DNA of 64,000 bases from NCBI GenBank assembly GCA_030149525.1, contig JASBRJ010000282.1:14491-78490 (forward strand), read 5' to 3'. Every line of letters starts with the position of its first letter. Position 1 is the stretch's first letter. Origin of the DNA: a bacterium (GTDB lineage: Bacteria; Vulcanimicrobiota; Xenobia; Xenobiales; JADMJV01). Under the pieces are notes generated by a model. The model was given only the letters and a program-made list of their open reading frames with translations. It ran no database searches and had not been told where the DNA came from. Of this stretch, positions 36,331-46,172 are shown in pieces. A program made the position numbers and the translations under genes.

Positions 36331-37821
36331 GTCTCTAAAAAAAGAGTTCACTGGAACGACTCGGACTTCGTCGAGATTCAGGGGGTGGCTCTGAATCAAC
36401 TTGTCTTCATTCTTTATGCTCTGTGGCTTGTCGCTGTTGTAGGTCATGGGTGTCGGCTTTCCCTCCAGCAGAGCTTTGCGCAATCCAACCCCCGATTTGG
36501 TCACGAGGACGATTTCTAGGTTGTCGGCTTGAATATGCTTTCTGATCGCCTTGTTCACATCTTCGAGAGTTAACCTGTCGAGTTCTGTTCTCAGCTTTTC
36601 CACAAAGGGTTTGGTTGCATAGAATTTGCTGTCCAAAGCGTAGCCCAAGCGTCGCTCGGAGCTGGCCACGAGGAGAGGCGCATTCTTTTTCAGGAAAGAG
36701 CGGGTGGCTTCGAACTGCTCCTGAGTGAGTCCATCCCTTGCGATCTTCTCTAACTCAAACAGAGTTGCCCGAAGGGCAAACACGGCCGTCTCGGGTTGAA
36801 CCGGGCGAATCCAAATTTGAAAGATCTGCTCTTGTCGAGGATAGTTGGGCTCGGGTTGCATGAGATGCATTCCGTTAGGGAAGTACTCAATGTAGGCGTA
36901 GTCTCCGTAGTTGAGGCCCCTGGCTTCCCTCAGGCGCTGATAGAGATAGCTGTTGGAAGAGCGATGCTCCCCGAAGAATGAGCGAAAGAGAAAAAGCGCG
37001 GTCCAATCGGGATGAGAGCGATTGACTTCGATGGGAAAGCCGATGGACATGGCAACTGATCGGGTGTCTTTTTCAACTATAGTGACTCGCCGACCCGCAG
37101 GTGACGCGGGGTGAGGGACTCGAACCGGTTCGGGCATGGCAGACTGCGAAGGCAAAGCTTCCTTCAAGAGTCCCGCGAGCTTTTCAGGATAGCCTTCCGG
37201 GTATCCGCCGGCCACCGCTACAGTAAGATTGGCGGGCGTGAAATGATGAGTGTAAAAGTCTTTGAGAGCGGTTTGGTCAACCGCCTCAAGCCCCCGCACC
37301 GAACCGACGTTGTGATGTCCGTAGGGATGAGATTCGGGGTAGATCTGCAGATACAATACCTCTTTGCCTAGCTCTTCATCATTGTTGACTCGTAGCTCCT
37401 GGGTGAGATAATTCTTGGCCTTGTCTCGAAGTCGCTCCAGATCCTTTTCAGCGAAAGCGGGCCGGCCCATCATCTCTACCAGAAGCGGAGTTACCTCATC
37501 CAGGTGATCGCGGTGGACCGTGGTGGAGAAGGTGACTCTCTCTTTGCCCACCGTGGTGTCGACGCTTACCGCCCAGGGGTAAAAGATCTCCAACAACTCC
37601 TGATAAGAGTGCCTTTCGGTGCTGCCTTCACTCAAGGAGTAAGCTGCCAGATAGCAGAGCCCTTCCTTGTCGGAAGGGTCGTGAATGGCGCCGGTGTGAA
37701 ATTGGAGGCGAAGGTTGATGAGCGGACTCTCACCCGGTTGAGTGAGAAGCTCCTGGGCAGAGGCGGGGCAAAAAGCCGCCAGTGCGACCACAAGAGTCAA
37801 GATGGCTGAACGAATCTTCAT
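36328..37821 (-). CDS. M16 family peptidase, non-catalytic (HxxEH-less) subunit, secreted
   Basis: Signal peptide MKIRSAILTLVVALAAFCPASA and M16 fold similarity; lacks the HxxEH zinc motif. Overlaps the upstream M16 gene by 4 nt. Confidence 0.7.
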   Translation of the reverse strand: MKIRSAILTLVVALAAFCPASAQELLTQPGESPLINLRLQFHTGAIHDPSDKEGLCYLAAYSLSEGSTERHSYQELLEIFYPWAVSVDTTVGKERVTFSTTVHRDHLDEVTPLLVEMMGRPAFAEKDLERLRDKAKNYLTQELRVNNDEELGKEVLYLQIYPESHPYGHHNVGSVRGLEAVDQTALKDFYTHHFTPANLTVAVAGGYPEGYPEKLAGLLKEALPSQSAMPEPVRVPHPASPAGRRVTIVEKDTRSVAMSIGFPIEVNRSHPDWTALFLFRSFFGEHRSSNSYLYQRLREARGLNYGDYAYIEYFPNGMHLMQPEPNYPRQEQIFQIWIRPVQPETAVFALRATLFELEKIARDGLTQEQFEATRSFLKKNAPLLVASSERRLGYALDSKFYATKPFVEKLRTELDRLTLEDVNKAIRKHIQADNLEIVLVTKSGVGLRKALLEGKPTPMTYNSDKPQSIKNEDKLIQSHPLNLDEVRVVPVNSFFRD

Positions 37822-39164
37822 TTGTCTTCTTTCTCCTTCGCGGCGAGGGTCACTATGGTGCGACCTTCCGGCCTGAAGACTCGACTTGCCACTTCCGTGA
37901 GTTGTTGGGCGTCTACCTCGGCCAGGGTCTGGAAGTACTTGTCGATGGAGTCTAGTGTCGGCTCCAAACTCAGCATAAAGGCGAGCTCTGAGGCGATGGA
38001 CGCCGGGGAGTCCAATCCCTGGAGGAATGTGTAGCGCACACGAGATTTGACGGCTTCGAGACGTTCTGGGGAAACAGGCTTGGAAGCCGCTTCTTCGAAA
38101 GCCTGTAGAACGCGTCTTTTGACCTCCTCAACCTTTGTGTCATCGGTGACTCGCACGGCGATGCCTACCAGATAAGGGTCTTTCTTGAGCCAGAAAAAGG
38201 GCTGAAACTCGTCTACGATCTGTTCTTGGAGAACCAGTTCTTGATAGAGCTTTCCGGTTTTAGAGAAGGCCAGCGACTCCCACAACTGAATGGCCGCCGT
38301 GTCTTTAAGATCGCTATAGGCGGGGGCTTTATATCCCACCATCACCCACGGCAGAGTGGGTGAATCCCACTCGATATGAGCCTGGCGAGGGCTCTTCTGA
38401 ACCGGCTCAACCGGAAGATCGGCCACGTAATCTCCACTTTTCCACGGGGCGAAATACTTCTCCACTAAGGCAAAGGTTTCGTCCGGTTTCACATCACCCA
38501 CAAGAATCATAGTGGCGTATTCCGGTCGATAAAATCGGTTGAAGAAATCCCAGCTGTATTCATAGCCTTCGGGGTACTGCTCGATGTCTTCCAGAAACCC
38601 CATGGTGGTGTGTTTGTAGGTGTGCTTATCGAACGCCTTATCTTGCATCACTTCAAACATTTTCTCGGTGGGGTTCGCACTGTTTTTGTTATACTCGCCG
38701 AGTACGGCGAGAGCCTCGGTGCGGAACTCCGGCTCGGCGTATTTCAGATTCATAAACCGATCGGCTTCGTAGTCCAGGATCTTATCCAGGTCCTCCTTCA
38801 AGAAGACTTTGTGGTATACGGTCTGATCGTCCCAGGTCCAGGCGTTGGAGTCCACTCCCGCCTTTTTCAACATCTCCTGAGCCACCTCGTTGGGGTAACG
38901 GTCGGTGCCGCGAAACATGAGATGTTCGAAGAAATGGGCGAACCCCGATTTGCCCTTCTCCACCTCGTTGCGAGAACCGACCGCCATTACGATTTGCAAG
39001 GCGACCACATCTTCGGTGTCGGTGGGAATCGCCACCACTCTCATACCGTTGGGTAGAACACGAGTTTTTGCCCCGGGAGGCAAGAGGGAATCGGCCTGAG
39101 CCATAAGACCTGTGCAGAGAACAAGTCCCATCAGAAAAAGAATACTCTTACATGCCATCTTCAT
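37818..39164 (-). CDS. M16 family zinc peptidase, catalytic subunit (pitrilysin/insulinase-like), secreted
   Basis: GFAHFFEHLMFRGT contains the inverted zinc-binding HxxEH motif; signal peptide present. Confidence 0.8.
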   Translation of the reverse strand: MKMACKSILFLMGLVLCTGLMAQADSLLPPGAKTRVLPNGMRVVAIPTDTEDVVALQIVMAVGSRNEVEKGKSGFAHFFEHLMFRGTDRYPNEVAQEMLKKAGVDSNAWTWDDQTVYHKVFLKEDLDKILDYEADRFMNLKYAEPEFRTEALAVLGEYNKNSANPTEKMFEVMQDKAFDKHTYKHTTMGFLEDIEQYPEGYEYSWDFFNRFYRPEYATMILVGDVKPDETFALVEKYFAPWKSGDYVADLPVEPVQKSPRQAHIEWDSPTLPWVMVGYKAPAYSDLKDTAAIQLWESLAFSKTGKLYQELVLQEQIVDEFQPFFWLKKDPYLVGIAVRVTDDTKVEEVKRRVLQAFEEAASKPVSPERLEAVKSRVRYTFLQGLDSPASIASELAFMLSLEPTLDSIDKYFQTLAEVDAQQLTEVASRVFRPEGRTIVTLAAKEKEDK

Positions 39165-39210
39165 GATTTAACTCCGTGGCAAGAATGCCGCACAGGTCTC
39201 TTAAACACCT

Positions 39211-40059
39211 TTAAGAGTAGATGTTTCGACGCTCACGACTCACGAAGCCAAGCAGAGGAAGCCGGCAGGCTTCGGCGAGCTCAACGGCAAGTGCGGTGGG
39301 AGCGCCTACGGAAGCCACCCAGGAGGCGCCGGCCGCTACCGCCTTAGAGGCGAGCTCAAAAGACAGTCTGCTGCTGAAGAGTAAGCCGCAGTCGGGTGGT
39401 AATCGAAAGATTTCAGAATCGCGGGATTCTGCCAGAAGCAACTGGCCTATCGCTTTATCACAGGCGTTATGCCGACCCACATCCTCACCGATGGCCAGTA
39501 CCTTTTCTAAACAGACGACAACACAGGCGTGGCTTGCACCGGTCCGGGAGAAAAGCGGACAGTCGTTCTCTAAGCTGTTGAGAGCTAAATTCAAGCTGGA
39601 TTCGGCCGGTGGCGTGCCTGGGCCTTGAGAGCGTGCAGCGGCCCATTCCACCAGGCGCGCGGGGCTCTCAAGATCGTCTACCGAGCACATTCCACAGGCT
39701 GATTGGGGCAGACTCTGAGAGGGACGGTGAGCAAGCCGTGTCTGGATGACGGAGGTGCCTAGGACAAGCTCGGCCTTGAGGCGATTGAGCTCGTTCACCC
39801 CTCCACCTGAACAGAAGCTGAGTATCTTCAAGTCGGCACGTCCGAGGATGGCTCCCTCGGAAAACAGCATGCCGGCGGCGAGGGATAGATCATCGCCCGG
39901 TGTGCGCATGGTGGAAGCCAGTCGCTCACTGACCCCGTCTTGAGACTGCCACACGACCGTGAAAGGCTCCTCGGCCACCAGGGTGTCTTTGAAGCGTTTC
40001 TGAGAGTCTAGGGTGCTCTTTGTCACCGTGCGCTTAAAAACCGCGCGTTTCTTTTGCAA
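39211..40059 (-). CDS. fdhD: Formate dehydrogenase accessory sulfurtransferase FdhD
   Basis: EDVGRHNACDKAIGQ and a conserved Cys loop (SACGMCS) typical of FdhD; adjacent to the molybdopterin oxidoreductase. Confidence 0.75.
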   Translation of the reverse strand: MQKKRAVFKRTVTKSTLDSQKRFKDTLVAEEPFTVVWQSQDGVSERLASTMRTPGDDLSLAAGMLFSEGAILGRADLKILSFCSGGGVNELNRLKAELVLGTSVIQTRLAHRPSQSLPQSACGMCSVDDLESPARLVEWAAARSQGPGTPPAESSLNLALNSLENDCPLFSRTGASHACVVVCLEKVLAIGEDVGRHNACDKAIGQLLLAESRDSEIFRLPPDCGLLFSSRLSFELASKAVAAGASWVASVGAPTALAVELAEACRLPLLGFVSRERRNIYS

Positions 40060-40063
40060 GAAT

Positions 40064-42445
40064 CTACTCCGCGATGAACTTCACGATGATCTTCTTGGAG
40101 GCGGGGCAGCCGCTCTCGGGATCGCGCAGTTCTACCGGGACCAAAGGATTGGCTTCTGGGAAATAGGCGCCAAGGCAACCCACGGGGATGGGATATCCCA
40201 CCAGGTGAAAGTTGTCGACCCGTCTCTCCACTTGGTTGTATTGCGAGATGAGAGAGACTTTTTGACCAGCCGTCAGTCCGTGCTTTTCTAAGTCCCTGGG
40301 GTTGATAAAAACGATCCGTCGGCTCTTCTCAATCCCCCGGTAGCGATCATCGTAGCCGTAGACGACGGTGTTGAATTGGTCGTGGCTGCGAAGAGTCATG
40401 AGAAGGAACTGGTCTTCTTCTAGCTCTTCCGACTCCACCTCAGCCACGGTAAAATGAGCTTTCCCGTCGGGAGTGGTGAAGTTGCCCTCACGAGGCCCGT
40501 TGGGAAGGTAAAATCCGTTCTGTCGAGCCACTCGAAGATTGAAATCTTCGAATCCGGGAACCACTCTGGAGATAGCGTCACGTATCTTACTATAGTCTCC
40601 TTGAAACTCTCGCCAGCGAGAAGCGTGATCGGGGGTAAGGACCTCGCCGAGGCCGCATAGAATGGCCACCTCGGAGCGAACCTCGTCGGAGGGCGGGGGC
40701 AGAGTCCCGCGAGATCGATGAACTTTACCCATACTGTTCTCCACGGTAACAAACTGGGGGCCTGTTGCCTGTTGGTCAACCTCCGTGCGACCCAAGCAGG
40801 GGAGAATGAGTGCCTCATGCCCGGTGACTAGATGGCTTCGATTGAGCTTAGTGCACACCGAGACGGTCAATTTGCATTTGTTTAAGCCGGAGGCAACCTT
40901 ATAGGTGTCGGGTGTGGCTGAGATAAAATTGCCCCCCAGCGACATGAAAAGGTCCACCTTCCCGGAGTCCATGGCTTCAATAGCCTGAGCCACGTCGAAA
41001 CCGTGTTTTTTGGGTGGATTGAAGCCGAATTCTTTCTTGAGACTCTTCAGAAACTCAGGCCCGGGGGTGTGATTGATTCCCACGGTGCGGTCCCCCTGAA
41101 CGTTACTGTGCCCACGCACAGGACACGCCCCGGCCCCCGGTTTTCCGAAGGCTCCTCGCAGAAGCAGAAGATTGACCAGTTGGGTGATGGTGTCCACGGA
41201 GTTGGTGTGCTGGGTGATCCCCATGGCCCAACAGATGATGATCCGGTCCGTTTTGGCGGCTTTTTGGGCGAGGCCGATTATCTCTTGTTTTGCCACTCCG
41301 CTTGAGCGCTCAAGAGTTTCCCAATCCTGGCTCTTCAGGGCCTCCACAAGCTCTACGTAGCCGGCCGTTTTTTCTTTGATGAAACTTTCGTCGATGCTGC
41401 GGCCGTCTTGTTCGTGTTGCTCCACAAGCGCCTTGCAGACGCCCTTGAAAAGAGCCAGGTCTCCCCCCACGCGAACGGCGATATGCTCATCGGCCAGTTG
41501 AGTTCCTCCCCCCAATAGAGTGCCCACGGCCTTCAGAGGATTGAGAAAGTCCTGAGGATTCTTGAAGTGCGCGAGACCCGCTTCGGCCAGGGGGTTGACC
41601 GAGACAATAGAAGAACCCGCCTTTTTGGCCGCTTCCAGAGCGCTCAGCATCCGTGGATGATTGGTTCCCGGGTTCTGCCCCACCACAAGGATGAGATCCG
41701 CCTCAGGAAAGTCTTCCAACTTTACCGTGCCTTTGCCGATACCGATGGTTTTCCCCAGGGCCGAGCCGCTCGACTCATGACACATATTGGAGCAGTCGGG
41801 AAGATTGTTGGTTCCCAGCATCCGGACCAGTGTCCCGTAAAGGAAAGCGGCCTCGTTACTGGCCCGTCCCGAAGTGTAAAAGACCAGGCGTTGGGCCGAT
41901 TTGGAGGCTTCTACCACATCCTGAACCTTGAGAAAAGCGTCCTCCCAGGTAATGGGTCGGTAGTGAACCTGATCGGGCCCAAGATACATTGGGTGCGTGA
42001 TCCGCCCTTGATTATTCAGCCACCAGTCGGAGCGACGAGACAGTTCTTCCACCGAATATTGCTGAAAAAAGGCCGGACCGACCCGCTTCTGGGTGGTCTC
42101 GTCAGCCAGAGCTTTGGCCCCGTTCTCACAAAACTCGAACAGGCTTCGGTGCTCCGGATCGGGCCAGGCGCAACTGGGGCAATCGACCCCTCCGTCCTGA
42201 TTGGCCCGCAGCAGCGTGCTCACACCTCGAAGCATCCCCGGCTCCTTGGCCGTATAGCGCATGGTGGAGAGAACCGCCGGAACGCCCGCGGCCACCTTGT
42301 CGGGGGCAGCATGTGGCGCTGGAAGGCGACCTTCGCCGGTGGAAATTTCTGAGGGAGATTCTATCAGTACGTCGCGTTGAAGCATAATGAGTGTTTCAGG
42401 GAGGTTGGCGTGCGCTCCTGGCTTCACCCCAACAGCTTGATTCAA
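40064..42445 (-). CDS. FdhF/YdeP-family molybdopterin oxidoreductase alpha subunit
   Basis: 793-aa MopB-superfamily protein with an N-terminal Cys cluster (CPSCAWPD) and large molybdopterin-binding domains matching the YdeP-like subfamily. Confidence 0.8.
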   Translation of the reverse strand: MNQAVGVKPGAHANLPETLIMLQRDVLIESPSEISTGEGRLPAPHAAPDKVAAGVPAVLSTMRYTAKEPGMLRGVSTLLRANQDGGVDCPSCAWPDPEHRSLFEFCENGAKALADETTQKRVGPAFFQQYSVEELSRRSDWWLNNQGRITHPMYLGPDQVHYRPITWEDAFLKVQDVVEASKSAQRLVFYTSGRASNEAAFLYGTLVRMLGTNNLPDCSNMCHESSGSALGKTIGIGKGTVKLEDFPEADLILVVGQNPGTNHPRMLSALEAAKKAGSSIVSVNPLAEAGLAHFKNPQDFLNPLKAVGTLLGGGTQLADEHIAVRVGGDLALFKGVCKALVEQHEQDGRSIDESFIKEKTAGYVELVEALKSQDWETLERSSGVAKQEIIGLAQKAAKTDRIIICWAMGITQHTNSVDTITQLVNLLLLRGAFGKPGAGACPVRGHSNVQGDRTVGINHTPGPEFLKSLKKEFGFNPPKKHGFDVAQAIEAMDSGKVDLFMSLGGNFISATPDTYKVASGLNKCKLTVSVCTKLNRSHLVTGHEALILPCLGRTEVDQQATGPQFVTVENSMGKVHRSRGTLPPPSDEVRSEVAILCGLGEVLTPDHASRWREFQGDYSKIRDAISRVVPGFEDFNLRVARQNGFYLPNGPREGNFTTPDGKAHFTVAEVESEELEEDQFLLMTLRSHDQFNTVVYGYDDRYRGIEKSRRIVFINPRDLEKHGLTAGQKVSLISQYNQVERRVDNFHLVGYPIPVGCLGAYFPEANPLVPVELRDPESGCPASKKIIVKFIAE

Positions 42446-42471
42446 GACTTGACCAGATCCGAGAGTCGGTT

Positions 42472-42978
42472 TTAAGTTTTTCCGGTAGGTCTCTCTATCT
42501 CACGCGGTGTTGGAACGAGGCCATGAAGACTGTCGACCCAGGGAAAGCCGGGCGAATTTCCAGGGTGAGATCCTCGGCACCAGACAAGATAGTAGGTCTC
42601 CGACCCCGAGTCGTTCCACTGTCCTCCTGGGCCGAACCGTGCCCCGTATGGCGCCCCGTTAGTGGGACAGACGGGTAGCCGAGCAAGAAGCTCCGGAGTC
42701 AGGAAGTGGAGAGGCTCGGTCTGGGTTGTTGGGGACGGATACTGTCCCTGATGCGTGGCGGCAAAACGTTCCAACGACTTCCCGAGAGTGCGCAGATTCC
42801 TCCAGCAGGTAACGTCATCTGCCGTGAGAGCGACCTCTTCTGGTGGAGTTTGGTGAAACTTTGTCAGAATCAAAGCAGCGACCGCCAGGTAAACAAGAAC
42901 TCGGTAGCCCATGGTCTTAAACCGGATCTTTCTGAGTTCGGTATTCAAGATTTCTAGTCGCGCATCGTTCAAGGTCAT
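42472..42978 (-). CDS. Membrane-anchored Cys-containing hypothetical protein, paralog B (pseudopilin-like Y..D.G.YP motif)
   Basis: N-terminal TM helix, then CWRNLRTLGKSLERFAATHQGQYP...CP..G..Y.A.FGP..QWN...YYLVWC.G.HP. ~35% identical to the upstream paralog; overlaps it by 4 nt. Confidence 0.55.
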   Translation of the reverse strand: MTLNDARLEILNTELRKIRFKTMGYRVLVYLAVAALILTKFHQTPPEEVALTADDVTCWRNLRTLGKSLERFAATHQGQYPSPTTQTEPLHFLTPELLARLPVCPTNGAPYGARFGPGGQWNDSGSETYYLVWCRGSHPGNSPGFPWVDSLHGLVPTPREIERPTGKT

Positions 42979-43478
42979 CTGACACCTTTGAGCAGTTCAT
43001 CCGGGTTTCTGACCAGTCCGCCGATGCCGTCGTAGAAGGGGAACCCCTGGGGAGCCCCGGTTTGGGGGTGTTGGCAGCCGTCGCACCAGATCAGATAGTA
43101 GTCCCGGAATCCCGGCGTATTCCACTGCACATTGGGCCCGAATTGCGCTTTGTAGGACATACGACCGGCGGCAGGGCACTCGAGAAGAGTCTTCAGATAG
43201 TTAGGGGTCAGATACTCGAGACTCGTTGGATACTTTCCAGACCAGTCGGTGGAGTACATTTCCATGGCGGTTCCAAAGTTTTTCAGGTTGGCATAACACG
43301 CAGGGTATTGGGGTGAACTCCTGGCTCGAAGAAATTGAGATCCCAGATAACCGCCCACCGAGACTAAAAGAAAGGCTCCCGCCAACCCGCAGACCAGAGC
43401 CTTCCAGACGTTGTAGGCGCGACGCGCTGTTTCGACCCGGCACTCGAGGTTCTCTATCGAGTCTGTTTCACCTAACAT
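42975..43478 (-). CDS. Membrane-anchored Cys-containing hypothetical protein, paralog A
   Basis: N-terminal TM helix, then CYANLKNFGTAMEMYSTDWSGKYP...CP..G..Y.A.FGP..QWN...YYLIWC.G.HP; paralog of 42472-42978. Confidence 0.55.
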   Translation of the reverse strand: MLGETDSIENLECRVETARRAYNVWKALVCGLAGAFLLVSVGGYLGSQFLRARSSPQYPACYANLKNFGTAMEMYSTDWSGKYPTSLEYLTPNYLKTLLECPAAGRMSYKAQFGPNVQWNTPGFRDYYLIWCDGCQHPQTGAPQGFPFYDGIGGLVRNPDELLKGVR

Positions 43479-43543
43479 TCAACCTAAGTTTTGACATCAG
43501 TATGAGGCCACCTTTGGAAGCCGGGAACAGAGGACGGTGAATC

Positions 43544-44974
43544 TCAGTCTTTGAGGTAACAAGGCGACAAATAATCCCCCACAGGTTCTCGATACCACCA
43601 CTCACCCGTCTCTTGTCTTTCAGCTGGTGAGGTGTATCGATATCGATAAAATCGCGCTCTGATGAAGACCGGTGGTGAATTGGGGAAAGGGTCATGAGAG
43701 AACAGTTTCCGGACCGGGTGGTCGCCCTGTAGAAGACACTCAACCAGGCGTTGGAACCATATTTCATGCCGAAAAACTCTAACCTGAGTGCCCACCACCT
43801 GGGCGCTGAAGGGAAGAAACCACATTTGCCAGTCCAGGCGAAGATGGTAAGGGGCCACTTGAGGTGGCAAGCGATCTGTTCGTACCGGTTTGGCAGGGAG
43901 ATGATACTCCTTCCAACTGTCCTCGGCGGGGAAGTGTTCGGCGGTTCCCTCAAGCACCACCTCGTAGCGAACCTTTGTGATGCTCCCGAAGGCACCGTAG
44001 GAGTTCACCAGACGAAAAGCGTTGTACGAAGTATTCATTCGCTGTCGTTTGGCCAGAAGGTTTCGAACCGGATCGCGGCTCAGGTAGACAACTCCCAGGG
44101 TGATCACAGTGGTAAGGATCGTAAAGGCGACCGAGGTGGGGACCACGGCCCTGGGGTAACCCAGGAAGCTATCTCCCATACCGCTGAGGCACAGAACGAT
44201 GGTGAGCCAGTTGAGCCAGGAGTAGTTGCCGCAGACGATGAGCCAGGCTTGGTGAACCAGCACCAGAGCGGCACACCATCCGGCCACCGGTTGAGGGCAG
44301 AATAACCCGAACGGTAGGACAAGCTGAACCACATGGCTTCCGGCGACGGACAGTTTATGAAACTGTTTGGGAAGATGATGGAAATACCAACTCAAGGGGT
44401 TGGGAAGCGGCTGGGTCTCGTAGTGATACTCAAGACAGGTGAGGTCCTTCCAGCACTTGTCTCCTCGCATCTTGATCAAGCCCGCTCCCACCTCCACCCG
44501 AAACAGCATCCAGCGAAAGCAAAAAATGATAGAGGCGGGGGCGGCCACTTTCCAAGAGCCCAGAAACGAAGTGAGAAATCCGGCTTCGAGAAGCATGGTC
44601 TCCCAGCCAAAGCCGTAGAAACGTTGACCCACATTGACAAGCGACAGATAGAAAAACCACAAGATGAGCCAACTTGCGATGGAGAGCCAGAGCGGGCCAC
44701 TGTCCAAGAACCCGAACAAACCTAGAGCGGAAAGGACCAGCCCGAGTCCGCAAACCACATAGAAGCGCTTGTCGGTATACCCTATGTGAAAGAGGGTGGG
44801 ACAATCTTTGAAGGTTCGAGACTTGAGAAAATGTGGAACCGGTAAAAGCCCGTTCTCACCCAGAAGGGGGCAGAACTGCTTCCAGGCTGACGCAAAGGCG
44901 ACCAGGTAGATGAAAGCCATCCCCGTCTTCAAGAGCCATCGGGTGTGGAAGAATGTGTCGCTATACCAGTCCAT
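43544..44974 (-). CDS. Lipase maturation factor (LMF1) family polytopic membrane protein
   Basis: Multi-TM N-terminal half with GFGWETMLLEAGFL and YHYETQPLPNP motifs characteristic of PF06762, plus a soluble C-terminal domain. Confidence 0.6.
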   Translation of the reverse strand: MDWYSDTFFHTRWLLKTGMAFIYLVAFASAWKQFCPLLGENGLLPVPHFLKSRTFKDCPTLFHIGYTDKRFYVVCGLGLVLSALGLFGFLDSGPLWLSIASWLILWFFYLSLVNVGQRFYGFGWETMLLEAGFLTSFLGSWKVAAPASIIFCFRWMLFRVEVGAGLIKMRGDKCWKDLTCLEYHYETQPLPNPLSWYFHHLPKQFHKLSVAGSHVVQLVLPFGLFCPQPVAGWCAALVLVHQAWLIVCGNYSWLNWLTIVLCLSGMGDSFLGYPRAVVPTSVAFTILTTVITLGVVYLSRDPVRNLLAKRQRMNTSYNAFRLVNSYGAFGSITKVRYEVVLEGTAEHFPAEDSWKEYHLPAKPVRTDRLPPQVAPYHLRLDWQMWFLPFSAQVVGTQVRVFRHEIWFQRLVECLLQGDHPVRKLFSHDPFPNSPPVFIRARFYRYRYTSPAERQETGEWWYREPVGDYLSPCYLKD

Positions 44975-45002
44975 AGTTTTCTAAGGACACTCTATCATGA
45001 GC

Positions 45003-46172
45003 TTAAGCATCGTCCTGGAAAGCACGCCGAGCCGCCTGGTAGACCTCCTGTAGCGACACCTTTGATGCCGCAGCAAGCGCCCGTGCTTGCTCGAACTCCG
45101 GACTGACTCTTGTTCTTCCGAAGGGATCTCGTGCGGTTTTGACCTGGAGTTCACCAAATTCGGTCTCAACCGTGACCATAGAACGTTCCAGCGCTTTTCG
45201 TTCCACTTCCGAGCGACGAACGCCTAGAGTCGTGGTTTCCTGGAGAATGATACGGGAGAGAGTTCGGCTTGTGGCGTCTCGGCAGAGACAGAACAGGACA
45301 TGGCCGGGGCGACTCTTCTTCATGGTGACAGGAGAGTAGCTGACCTCCAGGGCTCCCGCCTCATAGAGCCTTTCCATGGTGTAACCGAGGAGTTCCCCAC
45401 TGCAATCGTCGAGATGACATTCTAAAACGACCAGTCGCTCCCAAACGCTGCCGTCGCTCGTCTCGCCGAAAGAACATCGAAGAACGTTGGGGAAGGGGAG
45501 GTCTCTTTTTCCGGCTCCCAGAGCGGTTTGGCGGATCAGAAACTCACCCTCAGGCCTTCCTGGCCGGGCCAGAGTGGTGAGGAGAGCCGCTCCGGTGGGA
45601 GTGATGAGCTCTTTCTTGCAGTCCACCGAGCGAAGCGGCCATCCTTGGAGAAGCTTGAGAGTGGCCGGTGCCGGATTGGGAAGAGCGCCGTGTTCGCAGT
45701 GAACCACGCCTTCCCCCACGGGGAAGGCCCCGCAGTAGACGGACTCGGCTCCGAGGTATTCCATTCCCGCAACGCTGCCCACGATATCGATGATGGCGTC
45801 GTCGGCCCCCACCTCATGGAAGTGCACCTCGTCTAGGCCGATTCCATGGACCTCGGCTTCGACCTGAGCCAGACGCCGAAAAACACGGACGCTCTTCTCC
45901 ATAACGCGGGGCGCCAGGCTGCTTGATTCGAGCATCTCTTGAATCTGCGAAAAACCTCTATGGGAGGAGTGTGCTCTCACTTCCACCTCGGCTCGAAAAG
46001 CGGCAAGCCCACTTCGGGTCACTGTCTTGAGCGAGACGCTCGCTTTTTCCAGCGGCAGACTCGACAACACCTTGTTCAGCTCTTTCAGGGGATAACCGGA
46101 GCCTAAAAGTGCGGCAAGGACCATGTCGCCACTGGCACCGGCGTGGGGCTCAAAGTAGAGAAATTGTGTCAC
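45003..46172 (-). CDS. larC: Nickel-pincer cofactor biosynthesis protein LarC (nickel insertion, CTP-dependent)
   Basis: MTQFLYFEPHAGASGDMVLAALLGSG N-terminus typical of the DUF111/LarC family; 389 aa. Confidence 0.75.
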   Translation of the reverse strand: MTQFLYFEPHAGASGDMVLAALLGSGYPLKELNKVLSSLPLEKASVSLKTVTRSGLAAFRAEVEVRAHSSHRGFSQIQEMLESSSLAPRVMEKSVRVFRRLAQVEAEVHGIGLDEVHFHEVGADDAIIDIVGSVAGMEYLGAESVYCGAFPVGEGVVHCEHGALPNPAPATLKLLQGWPLRSVDCKKELITPTGAALLTTLARPGRPEGEFLIRQTALGAGKRDLPFPNVLRCSFGETSDGSVWERLVVLECHLDDCSGELLGYTMERLYEAGALEVSYSPVTMKKSRPGHVLFCLCRDATSRTLSRIILQETTTLGVRRSEVERKALERSMVTVETEFGELQVKTARDPFGRTRVSPEFEQARALAAASKVSLQEVYQAARRAFQDDA

